DNA of 64,000 bases, from positions 1-64,000 of IMG/VR virus record IMGVR_UViG_3300008114_003234, one strand, 5' to 3'. The position numbers and the translations under genes were made by a program. Shown one piece after another: positions 48,422 to 57,407 of this stretch. This DNA is from a virus. The notes beneath the pieces were generated by a model. That model made no database searches, was not told the DNA's origin, and was given only the letters and a program-made list of their open reading frames with translations. The stretch's first letter is position 1. Each line of letters opens with the position of its first letter.

Positions 48422-48952
48422 TCAAATGAAACTCTTTATCTCGTCTTGATCGGTAAGAAACTCTGCTTGAACCCAACCTCTTTGCGTTAGAAACGGATGA
48501 TTCGGTGTACACTTAATAATCTCTCCATTTTCTAACTCAATTTGTATTTCTTCTTTTGTGATGTTACCTATTCTAGGAGAATGACCTATCGATTCACAAA
48601 ATTTACCAGAAGTCTCATCATATGAAACGAGACTTAGTTCCTTGTCAGGAAAGTTATTAAACCAATCGATTAATCTGATGACGCTACCGTCGCTCATTAT
48701 TATTTCTGTCTCGGGATCCAGACAGTCACCGTGATGATAAAATTGGGTAGAAGCAACTATACCGGAAAGTTGAAACACCTTTAAGTGTTTCTCAGTACCT
48801 GTTTTCCACACATTACACGACGCATTTATAATTTTACGTTGACTTATTTTAAATCCATCTATAAGCGAAGGAAGAGCCCTATTCTCAATAGTATAAAAGG
48901 CAAATTCCTTGTACTCGTTTGATAGAAAGTCAGTAATCGTTTTTAGTTGCAT
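48422..48952 (-). CDS. N-terminal part of type IIA topoisomerase A subunit (76 aa) fused to split-intein N-half (100 aa)
   Basis: RALPSLIDGFKISQRK, YHHGD extein, then CLDPETEI (block A) and CTPNHPF (block B TxxH); stop at 48422. Confidence 0.9.
   Translation of the reverse strand: MQLKTITDFLSNEYKEFAFYTIENRALPSLIDGFKISQRKIINASCNVWKTGTEKHLKVFQLSGIVASTQFYHHGDCLDPETEIIMSDGSVIRLIDWFNNFPDKELSLVSYDETSGKFCESIGHSPRIGNITKEEIQIELENGEIIKCTPNHPFLTQRGWVQAEFLTDQDEIKSFI
48425..48724 (-). other. Intein N fragment (IntN)
   Basis: Cys1 codon at 48722-48724; no endonuclease domain inside. Confidence 0.9.
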
Positions 48953-49051
48953 ATAGACCTTATATATTGAAGAAATTTTGTTTGTTTGAAAACCTGTAAA
49001 ACAAAATAGGAGATAAATAATAATAAAGAATCGTATATATAATCAACAGTT

Positions 49052-50893
49052 ATGAAGAAAATTGAAGATAAATACAAAGTACTCAATCACATTGACCACA
49101 TTTTATTGAGGCCACAAACTTATTTGGGATCAAATAAACCACATACTGCCAATAAGTGGATTTTTAGTGGAGATAAAATGATAAAGGAAGAAATCACTTA
49201 TGTACCTTCTTTTTTAAAAATATTCGATGAGATAATAATAAACTCAGTAGATGAGAGTAAAAGAAATCCTCAGTTAAATAAAATTGAAGTTACTATTGAC
49301 AAAGAGTCTGGTATGATTTCGGTAAAAGATTCTGGTGGAATTCCAGTAGTTGTGCACAAAGATCACGGAAAATACGTACCAGAAGTAATTTTTGGTAATT
49401 TGATGTCTGGTTCTAATTATGATGATACTGAAGACAGAATAGGAGCAGGAACTAATGGATATGGTTCTAAACTTACAAATGTATTTTCAAAAGTCTTTAC
49501 AGTCACTACTTGCGATGGCACTAATGTTTTTACTCAGACTTTTACAGACAACATGAGAAATCGTGAAGAGCCACAAGTAAAAAAATCAACTAAAAACTTC
49601 ACACAAATATCATTTTTACCGGACTATGAAAAGTTTGGACTTGTCTGTCTTGATGACGAGCACTTTAAACTAATTCAAAAAAGAGTGGTGGATATAGCTG
49701 GTTGCAATCCAAACATTAAAATATATTTTAACGGAGTAGAAATAAAAATCAAGACATTTGAGGACTATGTGAAATATTACAAGTCAGACTATTTCTTTGA
49801 AACAAATAAAGACAAGTCTTGGTCGATTGCAATTGCTCCTTCAGAAGAAGGTTTCTCACAAGTTAGTTTCGTAAACTCAACTGAAACTTATGACGGGGGA
49901 ACACACTTAGAATATATCTCAAATCAAGTTATTTCTGAAATGAGAGATTTCTTTCAGAAGAAATATAAAGTTGATGTAAAACCATCAGAGTTAAAAAACC
50001 ACATTTCAATTTTCATAAACTCAACGATAGTAAATCCTAGTTTTTCATCACAAACAAAGGAAAAACTAATTACAGAAGTTAAAGATTTTGGATATACTTA
50101 TGAAGTATCAGATAAAACAATTAAGTCTATACTGAAATCTGATATTGTTAACTCAATATTAGATTGGGTTAAACAAAAAAAGTCAGCAGAGGATAGTAAG
50201 CTTGCAAGAGAATTAAATAAGAATCTTTCAAAACTGAAAGTCGAGAAATTGATTGATGCAAAGGCTAAAGATAGATGGAAATGCTCAATCAACATATTTG
50301 AGGGAGATTCTGCAGCAGCAGCTTTCAGAAAATATAGAGATGCACAAACTATGGGTAGTTTCTCGTTAAAAGGTAAATTTATAAATGTCTCAGAAATAAC
50401 TACACAAAAGTTGACGCAAAACGACGAGGCGGTGAATCTTATGGCGGCTATTGGTTTGAAATTAGGACAAGAACCAGATTTAAAAAATCTGAGATATGGT
50501 AGAATACTTATCTTATCTGACGCTGATGTTGATGGAAATAGTATTTCAGCTCTTCTAATCAACTTTTTTAACAAATATTGGCCAAGTCTTTTCGAAAGAG
50601 AAATGGTTTATAAAGTAGAAACACCTATCGTTGTATCTATAAATAAAAAAACAAAAAATAAAATACTTTTTTATTCTCAGAGTGAATATAATGATTGGTC
50701 AAAAGATAAAGATTTAAAACTTTGGGATATAAAATATAAAAAAGGATTAGCAGCACTTGTTGATGATGAATATTTTGAAATTATAAATAATCCAAAATTA
50801 ACAAAAATCAAAAAAGATGAGTTATCTGATGAGTACTTGGAAATATGGTTTGGTAAAAATTCAGAGTTAAGGAAAAATCAAATTTTAAAGTGA
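49052..50893 (+). CDS. Type IIA topoisomerase B subunit (GHKL ATPase plus TOPRIM; T4 gp39+60-like)
   Basis: HILLRPQTYLGS, EIIINSVDE, GAGTNGYGSKL, EGDSA, SLKGK, SDADVDG, YKKGLAAL; divergent from the A subunit. Confidence 0.93.
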   Translation: MKKIEDKYKVLNHIDHILLRPQTYLGSNKPHTANKWIFSGDKMIKEEITYVPSFLKIFDEIIINSVDESKRNPQLNKIEVTIDKESGMISVKDSGGIPVVVHKDHGKYVPEVIFGNLMSGSNYDDTEDRIGAGTNGYGSKLTNVFSKVFTVTTCDGTNVFTQTFTDNMRNREEPQVKKSTKNFTQISFLPDYEKFGLVCLDDEHFKLIQKRVVDIAGCNPNIKIYFNGVEIKIKTFEDYVKYYKSDYFFETNKDKSWSIAIAPSEEGFSQVSFVNSTETYDGGTHLEYISNQVISEMRDFFQKKYKVDVKPSELKNHISIFINSTIVNPSFSSQTKEKLITEVKDFGYTYEVSDKTIKSILKSDIVNSILDWVKQKKSAEDSKLARELNKNLSKLKVEKLIDAKAKDRWKCSINIFEGDSAAAAFRKYRDAQTMGSFSLKGKFINVSEITTQKLTQNDEAVNLMAAIGLKLGQEPDLKNLRYGRILILSDADVDGNSISALLINFFNKYWPSLFEREMVYKVETPIVVSINKKTKNKILFYSQSEYNDWSKDKDLKLWDIKYKKGLAALVDDEYFEIINNPKLTKIKKDELSDEYLEIWFGKNSELRKNQILK

Positions 50894-51228
50894 AAAGAGA
50901 TAGAGCTTGGAGAAGAAATAAACAAGAGTTGATTCTTAAAAAGAGAATCAAAATACATTCTGCCAAGACTACTTATTATTACTGGGGATTTTTTAACTCA
51001 AATGAAGATCAAATCACACAACCTATTTGGGTTGATCACATAGGCTCTAAATTTACTAATTTCTATAAAAGAGATAAGACAAAGGTTTGGACTTCGAAAA
51101 TAAAATGTAAATACTCACCTAATAAGAATAAAGGATACTATAGAGATATAAGAGGCAAAAAATCTGGTTGTAGAGAGAAAGATAAATATAGTTTTCAATT
51201 AATTTTAAAAGAAAATGGATTGGTTTAA
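50890..51228 (+). CDS. Basic hypothetical protein
   Basis: GTG start overlapping the upstream stop. Confidence 0.5.
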   Translation: MKRDRAWRRNKQELILKKRIKIHSAKTTYYYWGFFNSNEDQITQPIWVDHIGSKFTNFYKRDKTKVWTSKIKCKYSPNKNKGYYRDIRGKKSGCREKDKYSFQLILKENGLV

Positions 51229-51754
51229 ATTTCTTCCAAAGAATATTGAATGGAAGATTCAACACAATAGAATTTACTACAGAAAAATGGCTTGGATTCC
51301 ATTCGCCTATATCAATTCATCGAAAATGGTATGCCTTTATCTTGAGCCGAAAAGTTCAAAGTTAATTTTAAAGGTAACCAAAGAACTAATGAAAACAAAA
51401 TGTAAATTCTTTTTCATTTCACCTATGCTTGATGATCCACATATTCAAAGAAATACAGATAATATACCTAGATTAAATATCGAAAACTATTTAAAAAACT
51501 ACGCAATACCTGTTTTCTTTGATGGATTCGATAAAATAGGATTTGATATCATTGAAAATCTAATATTATATTGTAAATCCACAAATTCATTTGAACTTAT
51601 AAAAGAAGTTCTACAGTCAGTAAACAATGAAGTACAGTCAAAATATTTTGACTACTACTCAAAAAAAGATATTTATAACACAAAACGTGAAGATATCAGA
51701 GAAAGGTTTAATAATCTTTGGAGAGATATTCAAATACAAAATCTATTGAAATGA
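51215..51754 (+). CDS. Hypothetical protein
   Basis: C-terminal RDIQIQNLLK. Confidence 0.55.
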   Translation: MDWFKFLPKNIEWKIQHNRIYYRKMAWIPFAYINSSKMVCLYLEPKSSKLILKVTKELMKTKCKFFFISPMLDDPHIQRNTDNIPRLNIENYLKNYAIPVFFDGFDKIGFDIIENLILYCKSTNSFELIKEVLQSVNNEVQSKYFDYYSKKDIYNTKREDIRERFNNLWRDIQIQNLLK

Positions 51755-52008
51755 AAAGCAGTGAGATAAAAATGTTAGAAGAAGAAGACTTTTTCTATTA
51801 TGACTATTGGGATGATTATTACTATCAAGATGATGACCATTTTCACTCTGAATTTTCAAAAGTCGACTATTCAATAGATGAAAACGGACTAGTGGACTGG
51901 ACGATTGAGATACCAGTTTCGATCAAAAGATTAAGAAGAATTGAAAGTTTATTAAATTCACAAGCAACAGACACATCAAACAAGATGTGTCACTACTGGC
52001 CTAAATAA
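51751..52008 (+). CDS. Small hypothetical protein
   Basis: ATGA overlap at 51751 preferred as start; RLRRIESLL near the C-terminus. Confidence 0.5.
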   Translation: MKSSEIKMLEEEDFFYYDYWDDYYYQDDDHFHSEFSKVDYSIDENGLVDWTIEIPVSIKRLRRIESLLNSQATDTSNKMCHYWPK

Positions 52009-53551
52009 CCCTTAAATATCTAGGGGTTTCAAACTTATCAGTTTGAATAGAAAGAGCATATCTCATTATTTTTGTGATAATGTCATTCGCTACTTTAGGT
52101 TCTTTATTATAAATTTGAGCTATTGCGATTACTATTTGCAAAGATTGTATTCTTGATATTAGTTTGTTTTCACTTGTAGAAATATCCGATCCTCTACTTA
52201 TTGAGGTAACCGATATCAATTCAGATTTTATTGTCGATTTTCCTTTTTGAATTAATTGATTTACTAAATTTTTTAATTCTTCAATATTCAAAGATCTCAA
52301 CTCTTCTGAAGATTGTATCTTCTGAATATTCTCAAACTGTACTGTCTCAATTATTCTCTTTAGGGCTTTAAAAGATATCTTACCATGCCTTGAAGAGGAC
52401 CCCTCAACTTCACCATCAATATCTACTTTTTTACTTGTATCTGATGAATCTAGATTAAGAGTTCTTTTTTTGGTATCAACATTTTTATTATTTCTATACT
52501 TCCACTCTGAAAAAGTGTCTATTTTAGAACCAATTCCTTTCAACTCATCTCCAATTCTAAATGTTGATATTTTAAAGTCTGGTAGGTCTTTATCGACTTC
52601 CCTGTTAATAATGACTTTAAAATCAGTTCCTTCTGATAGCTTTTTAAGTGATATCGGTATTAGAATTTTTTGATCAAATAACTCATCCACCAATTTAGTC
52701 ATCTCTGAGATAGTTTTGCAACTCCTTATCTTTTCATTCACCTCATGAATATTATTAATAGCAACTAGGTAAACATCCGCCGGGCACCATTTTGTAAAGT
52801 TTATATCTTTGAATCCTTCCTGTTTTGAAAATAAATTAAACTGCTTATTTAAGTTCACATATGGTGAATCTAACTCTTTATTACCAACGTGATAAATATA
52901 ATAGAGTTGATTTTTATCGACATAATCTTTTCTCCATATTCTGTTTGGAATTTTATAAAAAGTATATAACCAACTTAAATCAGAATAAAACTCATCCAGT
53001 AGTTCTAAATTAAGATCAATTTTATCACTAGTCTTAATTAGAGACTGACCAGTCTGTCTAACCAATCTCATGTATTTCTTATAAAAAGAAACCATGTTTC
53101 TATCATTTAAGTTGATGTTTGGATATGCCTGTTTTATACCAAGAAAAATACATTGAACTGTTTCAAATTCCCTTATTTTAACACCGGCACCCTTACTACC
53201 AAAATCACCGGTCTTTTTTATTTGATTAAGACCAAATGTTTGACCATCCTCAGTTTTAAATACCTTTCTAAATCTATTTTTTGATTTGAAATAAGTCAAT
53301 GCCTTGTCAATATCGTAATTACCATCTAAATCAGTGAAAATAGATATTGCGGTTTCAACATCAACCCAATTATCTTCGGAGTCTAACATTTGAAAAACAA
53401 CAATATTTTTATCCTCTACGTCAAAAAAATCTGAGTTTTTTAATTTGTCAATTAAGACATTACCTCTAACACGACCGTCTCTTATTGCGGCCAATTGATT
53501 AAGATTAAGAAGAGCCTCATTGAATGTTTTAAAATATTTGATATCAAACAT
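52001..53551 (-). CDS. Hypothetical protein, possible PD-(D/E)xK nuclease fold
   Basis: Start re-assigned to ATG 53551 (AATATATA 4 nt upstream; MFDIKYFKTFNEA); WCPADVY...IPISLKK motif. Confidence 0.5.
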   Translation of the reverse strand: MFDIKYFKTFNEALLNLNQLAAIRDGRVRGNVLIDKLKNSDFFDVEDKNIVVFQMLDSEDNWVDVETAISIFTDLDGNYDIDKALTYFKSKNRFRKVFKTEDGQTFGLNQIKKTGDFGSKGAGVKIREFETVQCIFLGIKQAYPNINLNDRNMVSFYKKYMRLVRQTGQSLIKTSDKIDLNLELLDEFYSDLSWLYTFYKIPNRIWRKDYVDKNQLYYIYHVGNKELDSPYVNLNKQFNLFSKQEGFKDINFTKWCPADVYLVAINNIHEVNEKIRSCKTISEMTKLVDELFDQKILIPISLKKLSEGTDFKVIINREVDKDLPDFKISTFRIGDELKGIGSKIDTFSEWKYRNNKNVDTKKRTLNLDSSDTSKKVDIDGEVEGSSSRHGKISFKALKRIIETVQFENIQKIQSSEELRSLNIEELKNLVNQLIQKGKSTIKSELISVTSISRGSDISTSENKLISRIQSLQIVIAIAQIYNKEPKVANDIITKIMRYALSIQTDKFETPRYLRVI

Positions 53552-53634
53552 GTGGTATATATTAACTACTACTTTTAACATTTAAAAACTAAGTCTAAAT
53601 GGTGAACTATAACTATAAAATATTACATATTTAA

Positions 53635-54609
53635 ATGTTATTAAACTGTATAATAGATGGTAATTATATTCTTTCACGATTGACTTTCACGCTTCATAAA
53701 AACAATCTCCTTTATGGTGCTCTTCTTCAATCACTAGAAAACACTATCTCAAATTATAAAAAAATGTATCCTTTTGCCAACTTCTACTTGGTATCGGATT
53801 CAAAAGAAAAATCTTGGAGAAAAAAATTAAACTCTAATTACAAGGCTAATAGAAAGAAAGATTCAGATATTGACTGGAATTTTGTCTATACTACTTATGA
53901 GGAATTTAAACAAAAAATTAAAAGCACCGGAGTTAAAATACTTGAATCACCAACAATAGAAGGTGATGATTGGATTTCATTTGTTATTCACAACACGAAT
54001 GATGACGGTCAATCCAACTTTATTGTCTCAAATGATCATGATATTAAACAACTTTTAGGATTTGATCTTGAAAGAGAGTGGATTAATTTTATGAGTAATG
54101 AGATGTATAATCAAGAAAAGATATTTTTACCTAAAAATTATCAAGTGTTTATTAATAGGATATCATCAAAGCAAAATGACGATATTTTTAATTTAAACGA
54201 TAATGGCGAATTCTTGAGACTAATGAATAGGTTCATAACCAAGTATCAATTAGTTGAGATTAATAATTTACAATCACTTTTTGTTAAGATAATATCAGGA
54301 GATATTAGTGATAATATTCAGTCAGTATATCAAACAACTAAATCTGGGAAAATCAGAGGAATTGGCGTCAAAGGCGCTAGTTCGATTTATGAGACCTATA
54401 TAATTGAGTTTGGAGAACCTTCTCTGGAAGATCCTGATCTTTTCGAAAATATAGCAGATGTTATATGTGAAAAAAAGAAGATCTCTAGGTCGAATATTCA
54501 AAATATAGTTGATAAGATAAAAGATAATATGAAATTGATTGACCTAAGAATAGACAACTTTCCTGATGAAATAAGAAATAACATGTCTACATTATTTAAT
54601 AATCGATAA
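53635..54609 (+). CDS. rnh: T4 RNase H-like 5'-3' exonuclease/flap endonuclease
   Basis: IIDGNY, WRKK....YKANR, IEGDDWI, SNDHDIKQL, ISGDISDNI. Confidence 0.85.
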   Translation: MLLNCIIDGNYILSRLTFTLHKNNLLYGALLQSLENTISNYKKMYPFANFYLVSDSKEKSWRKKLNSNYKANRKKDSDIDWNFVYTTYEEFKQKIKSTGVKILESPTIEGDDWISFVIHNTNDDGQSNFIVSNDHDIKQLLGFDLEREWINFMSNEMYNQEKIFLPKNYQVFINRISSKQNDDIFNLNDNGEFLRLMNRFITKYQLVEINNLQSLFVKIISGDISDNIQSVYQTTKSGKIRGIGVKGASSIYETYIIEFGEPSLEDPDLFENIADVICEKKKISRSNIQNIVDKIKDNMKLIDLRIDNFPDEIRNNMSTLFNNR

Positions 54610-54612
54610 GAT

Positions 54613-55002
54613 ATGGCCGAACTTATAGATGTTGCAAATGCTCTTTTTAAAGACAAGAAGAACTGGGTTAACATTTCTGAAGAAGATAAAAACAAATATT
54701 TCTTTATATTCAATCGATACTTCAGCAAAAAGTATACAACAAAATCTCAACTTTTGAATATGAAGTCTGTGGAAAAGTCCACAGCTTTAGATTTGTGGTT
54801 CTATTTCTTTAAAGACAAATCTTACCCTCAGTGGTTTTGGTCAAAAAGTCCTAAATCGGAAACAGGAGAAATCGACCAAAAAGATTTCTTACTATTAATG
54901 GACAAATTAAACTTAAATAAATCAGAAGATTTAGTATACCTAATAGAGAACTACCCAGATTTAATTAAAGAAGAATTAAAATTTTATAAAAACAAAAAAT
55001 AA
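54613..55002 (+). CDS. Hypothetical protein, weakly reminiscent of clamp-loader small subunit (gp62-like)
   Basis: FIFNRYFS and WFW segments; recognition is weak. Confidence 0.3.
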   Translation: MAELIDVANALFKDKKNWVNISEEDKNKYFFIFNRYFSKKYTTKSQLLNMKSVEKSTALDLWFYFFKDKSYPQWFWSKSPKSETGEIDQKDFLLLMDKLNLNKSEDLVYLIENYPDLIKEELKFYKNKK

Positions 55003-55004
55003 AA

Positions 55005-55547
55005 ATGGCAGAAACAATGAACTGGTACGCAATTCGTACTCAAAACAACAGAGAAAGAAGTGTTTTAGAAAAATTGAAACTTGAAATATCACGAGAAAAG
55101 CTTAGTGATATAATTGGTAGAAACATCATACCTACTGAAAAGGTTTTCTCAGTTAAAAATGGTAAAAGAGTCGCAAAAGAAAGAATTCTTTATCCAGGAT
55201 ATCTATTTATCGAAACGTCACACGTAGGAGAAATAAACAATTTCTTGAAAGTTATAAAAGGAGCTGCTGGGTTTGTACGTTCTAAAAACGGTGATATTAA
55301 TCCACTTCACGACTGGGAAGTAAAGAAAATGATTTCAGACCAAGATACTAACGATAACGTAGAGGTAAATACATCTATGTTCTCTGTTGGAGAGGAAGTT
55401 AAAGTGATTGACGGGCCATTTAGTACATTTAGAGGTACTATTTCACACGTTGATGATCAAAAAAATAAATTGAAGGTCGAAGTTTTGATCTTCTCAAGAG
55501 CGACTATGGTAGAGCTTGACTTTATTCAAGTTGAAAGAGTTTCATAA
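55005..55547 (+). CDS. nusG: Transcription elongation factor NusG
   Basis: WYAIRT...RE, IIPTEKV, LYPGYLFIE; KOW FSVGEEVKVIDGPFSTFRG, VEVLIFSRATMVELDF.QVE. Confidence 0.93.
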   Translation: MAETMNWYAIRTQNNRERSVLEKLKLEISREKLSDIIGRNIIPTEKVFSVKNGKRVAKERILYPGYLFIETSHVGEINNFLKVIKGAAGFVRSKNGDINPLHDWEVKKMISDQDTNDNVEVNTSMFSVGEEVKVIDGPFSTFRGTISHVDDQKNKLKVEVLIFSRATMVELDFIQVERVS

Positions 55548-55551
55548 TATT

Positions 55552-55962
55552 TTGGACAAACAAGCAAGATACGATCTAACATACCTTGAAATGGCCAAAA
55601 CTTGGTCCAAACTGTCCCAGTGTTCAAGACTAAAAGTCGGTGCACTAATAGTTAAAAATGGAATGATTATCTCAGATGGTTTCAATGGCACTCCAAATGG
55701 ATATGATAATTGTTGCGAAGATGAAAACTACCAAACACATTGGTATACACTACATGGTGAGGCAAATGCCATACTGAAGTGTGCAAGGTGGGGTCACTCT
55801 TGTGAAGGTTCCACTTTATATTTAACTCATTCACCTTGTAAAAATTGTTCTAAATTAATTTTACAATCTGGTATCTCAAGGGTAGTATATGAGGAAGATT
55901 ATCGTGATGATTTAGGAGTACAATTTTTAAAGTCTTCGGGAATAAAAGTAGATAAAATCTAA
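55552..55962 (+). CDS. dCMP deaminase
   Basis: CSRLKVGALI, GFNGTP, HGEANAI, THSPCKNC; probable TTG start at 55552. Confidence 0.9.
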   Translation: MDKQARYDLTYLEMAKTWSKLSQCSRLKVGALIVKNGMIISDGFNGTPNGYDNCCEDENYQTHWYTLHGEANAILKCARWGHSCEGSTLYLTHSPCKNCSKLILQSGISRVVYEEDYRDDLGVQFLKSSGIKVDKI

Positions 55963-55969
55963 AATAAAT

Positions 55970-56449
55970 ATGTCATTTATAGAGTCTCTGAGTAAATTAG
56001 AATCAGAAGTGGAAGTTCTTATTTTCTCTGATAAAGATATAACCGCCCTAAAAATGTTATTTGATAACTCAATTAGACTCGGTAATAATGACATGAGTAA
56101 TGTGACTGTTGCTAGTCTCCACCCAAGTCTTTGGTTTGAAAGCCTTTATTCTCATTTTAACAACTGTTTAGCTGTTGTTCCAAAGAGACCTCAGTATTTC
56201 TTACACACAATTGAGAATGGTGAAATTTTCAGAAGAGTATTTAGTGCGGAAACTAAAGAATTTAATTCAGATGAGGAAATAATAAAATTTTTCAAAGAAG
56301 AATGTGAATTCAAATCTCTTTCAATTTTTGGAATTTGTAAATATCTTGATGTTACAACACTTAAAACACGGTGGTATCTTAGATACAACGACATTACGGA
56401 TATCACAACTTTAAGAGATAATAAACTCGAATCTTTAATTAATATATAG
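55970..56449 (+). CDS. Hypothetical protein
   Basis: C-terminal RDNKLESLINI. Confidence 0.55.
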   Translation: MSFIESLSKLESEVEVLIFSDKDITALKMLFDNSIRLGNNDMSNVTVASLHPSLWFESLYSHFNNCLAVVPKRPQYFLHTIENGEIFRRVFSAETKEFNSDEEIIKFFKEECEFKSLSIFGICKYLDVTTLKTRWYLRYNDITDITTLRDNKLESLINI

Positions 56450-56560
56450 ACTTAATAAGTCTTAATCGATATAGAAGTTGATTTGTGTGATTTGGAATTA
56501 AGACTCAAAATATAAAAAATTTAATGGACTTTGATAGTTTAACGATTAAAGAGGAAAAAA

Positions 56561-56830
56561 ATGAAGAGGATAGTAAGGCCAAGACTGGCGACCATGTTTC
56601 TTATTTGCGGGATGTTCCTAAATCCGCTAGGTTTCGACGCAATTCAATTGATACTTATTCAAGTAAGTGGCAATTTATTGAGAGCGAATTTAATTTTGTA
56701 CTTACTTGCGGCATTTTGTTTTGGTCTATATTTCTTATTTTCTGGTATTAATCCTATAATATCAATCAAATATTCTGTAAAATCACTCTATCAAAAACTA
56801 AATAAAAAAAATCAATCACCATGCAAGTAA
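56561..56830 (+). CDS. Small membrane protein (2-3 hydrophobic helices, basic C-tail)
   Basis: Hydrophobic segments and a KKLNKK-type tail; holin-like topology only. Confidence 0.5.
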   Translation: MKRIVRPRLATMFLICGMFLNPLGFDAIQLILIQVSGNLLRANLILYLLAAFCFGLYFLFSGINPIISIKYSVKSLYQKLNKKNQSPCK

Positions 56831-57378
56831 AAAAGTTCTCAGATTTTTTAAACGAAAATGTACATGATACTCCTGAAGAGTACGTTAAAACAGCTCTTAC
56901 TAAGTTAAAAAGAAAAATTGAGAATTACTTTGAAATACCTGAGAAAACAGAAAAAGATGTCATTACAATGAGTGACGCTTTAAAAAAGGGAAAAGAAAAA
57001 GAGTCTGAAAAATCTAAAATATCATTTGCTGAACTTGGACTTAGTCTAGAGTCTTCTGAGTTTAGTAAATACTCATCAGTGTTTGATAGTATCAAATTTA
57101 TCTTTAAAGATGAGACTAGCAGATATGATCTTTTTATTACTATACCACTTGAAGAAGCAGTTCCAAAAGACAAAACAAAAGACTTCTCAGATGGTGATAT
57201 CAAAAGTTGTTTCTTAAAATTCAAAAAATATGATCTCACTAGAGGTGATGAGTTAGTTGGTCAAATTAATAAAAATGTTGAAGTGGCACTAGTCGACGAT
57301 AATCTAATTGTAGATCTTAAAATCGAATTAGAAGATAAATTTGGAGAAGAAGGAGAAAAACTTGAAATTGAAGTTTAA
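56821..57378 (+). CDS. Hypothetical protein, MQVKKFSDFLNE N-terminus
   Basis: N-terminus resembles the T4 capsid-targeting sequence. Confidence 0.55.
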   Translation: MQVKKFSDFLNENVHDTPEEYVKTALTKLKRKIENYFEIPEKTEKDVITMSDALKKGKEKESEKSKISFAELGLSLESSEFSKYSSVFDSIKFIFKDETSRYDLFITIPLEEAVPKDKTKDFSDGDIKSCFLKFKKYDLTRGDELVGQINKNVEVALVDDNLIVDLKIELEDKFGEEGEKLEIEV

Positions 57379-57407
57379 GGGAAACTCGGTCTTGTAATAA
57401 ATATTTT

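Noticed and set aside
46237-50893. Bacterial DNA gyrase or chromosome origin of the window
   Set aside because: A subunit is short with no gyrase C-terminal domain, subunits are divergent, and the context lacks housekeeping operons; phage origin fits better, although it is not proven without hallmark capsid or terminase genes in this window.
56524-56751. ORF overlapping 56561-56830
   Set aside because: The overlapping frame gives a coherent membrane protein coupled to the next gene; this one has no recognisable features.
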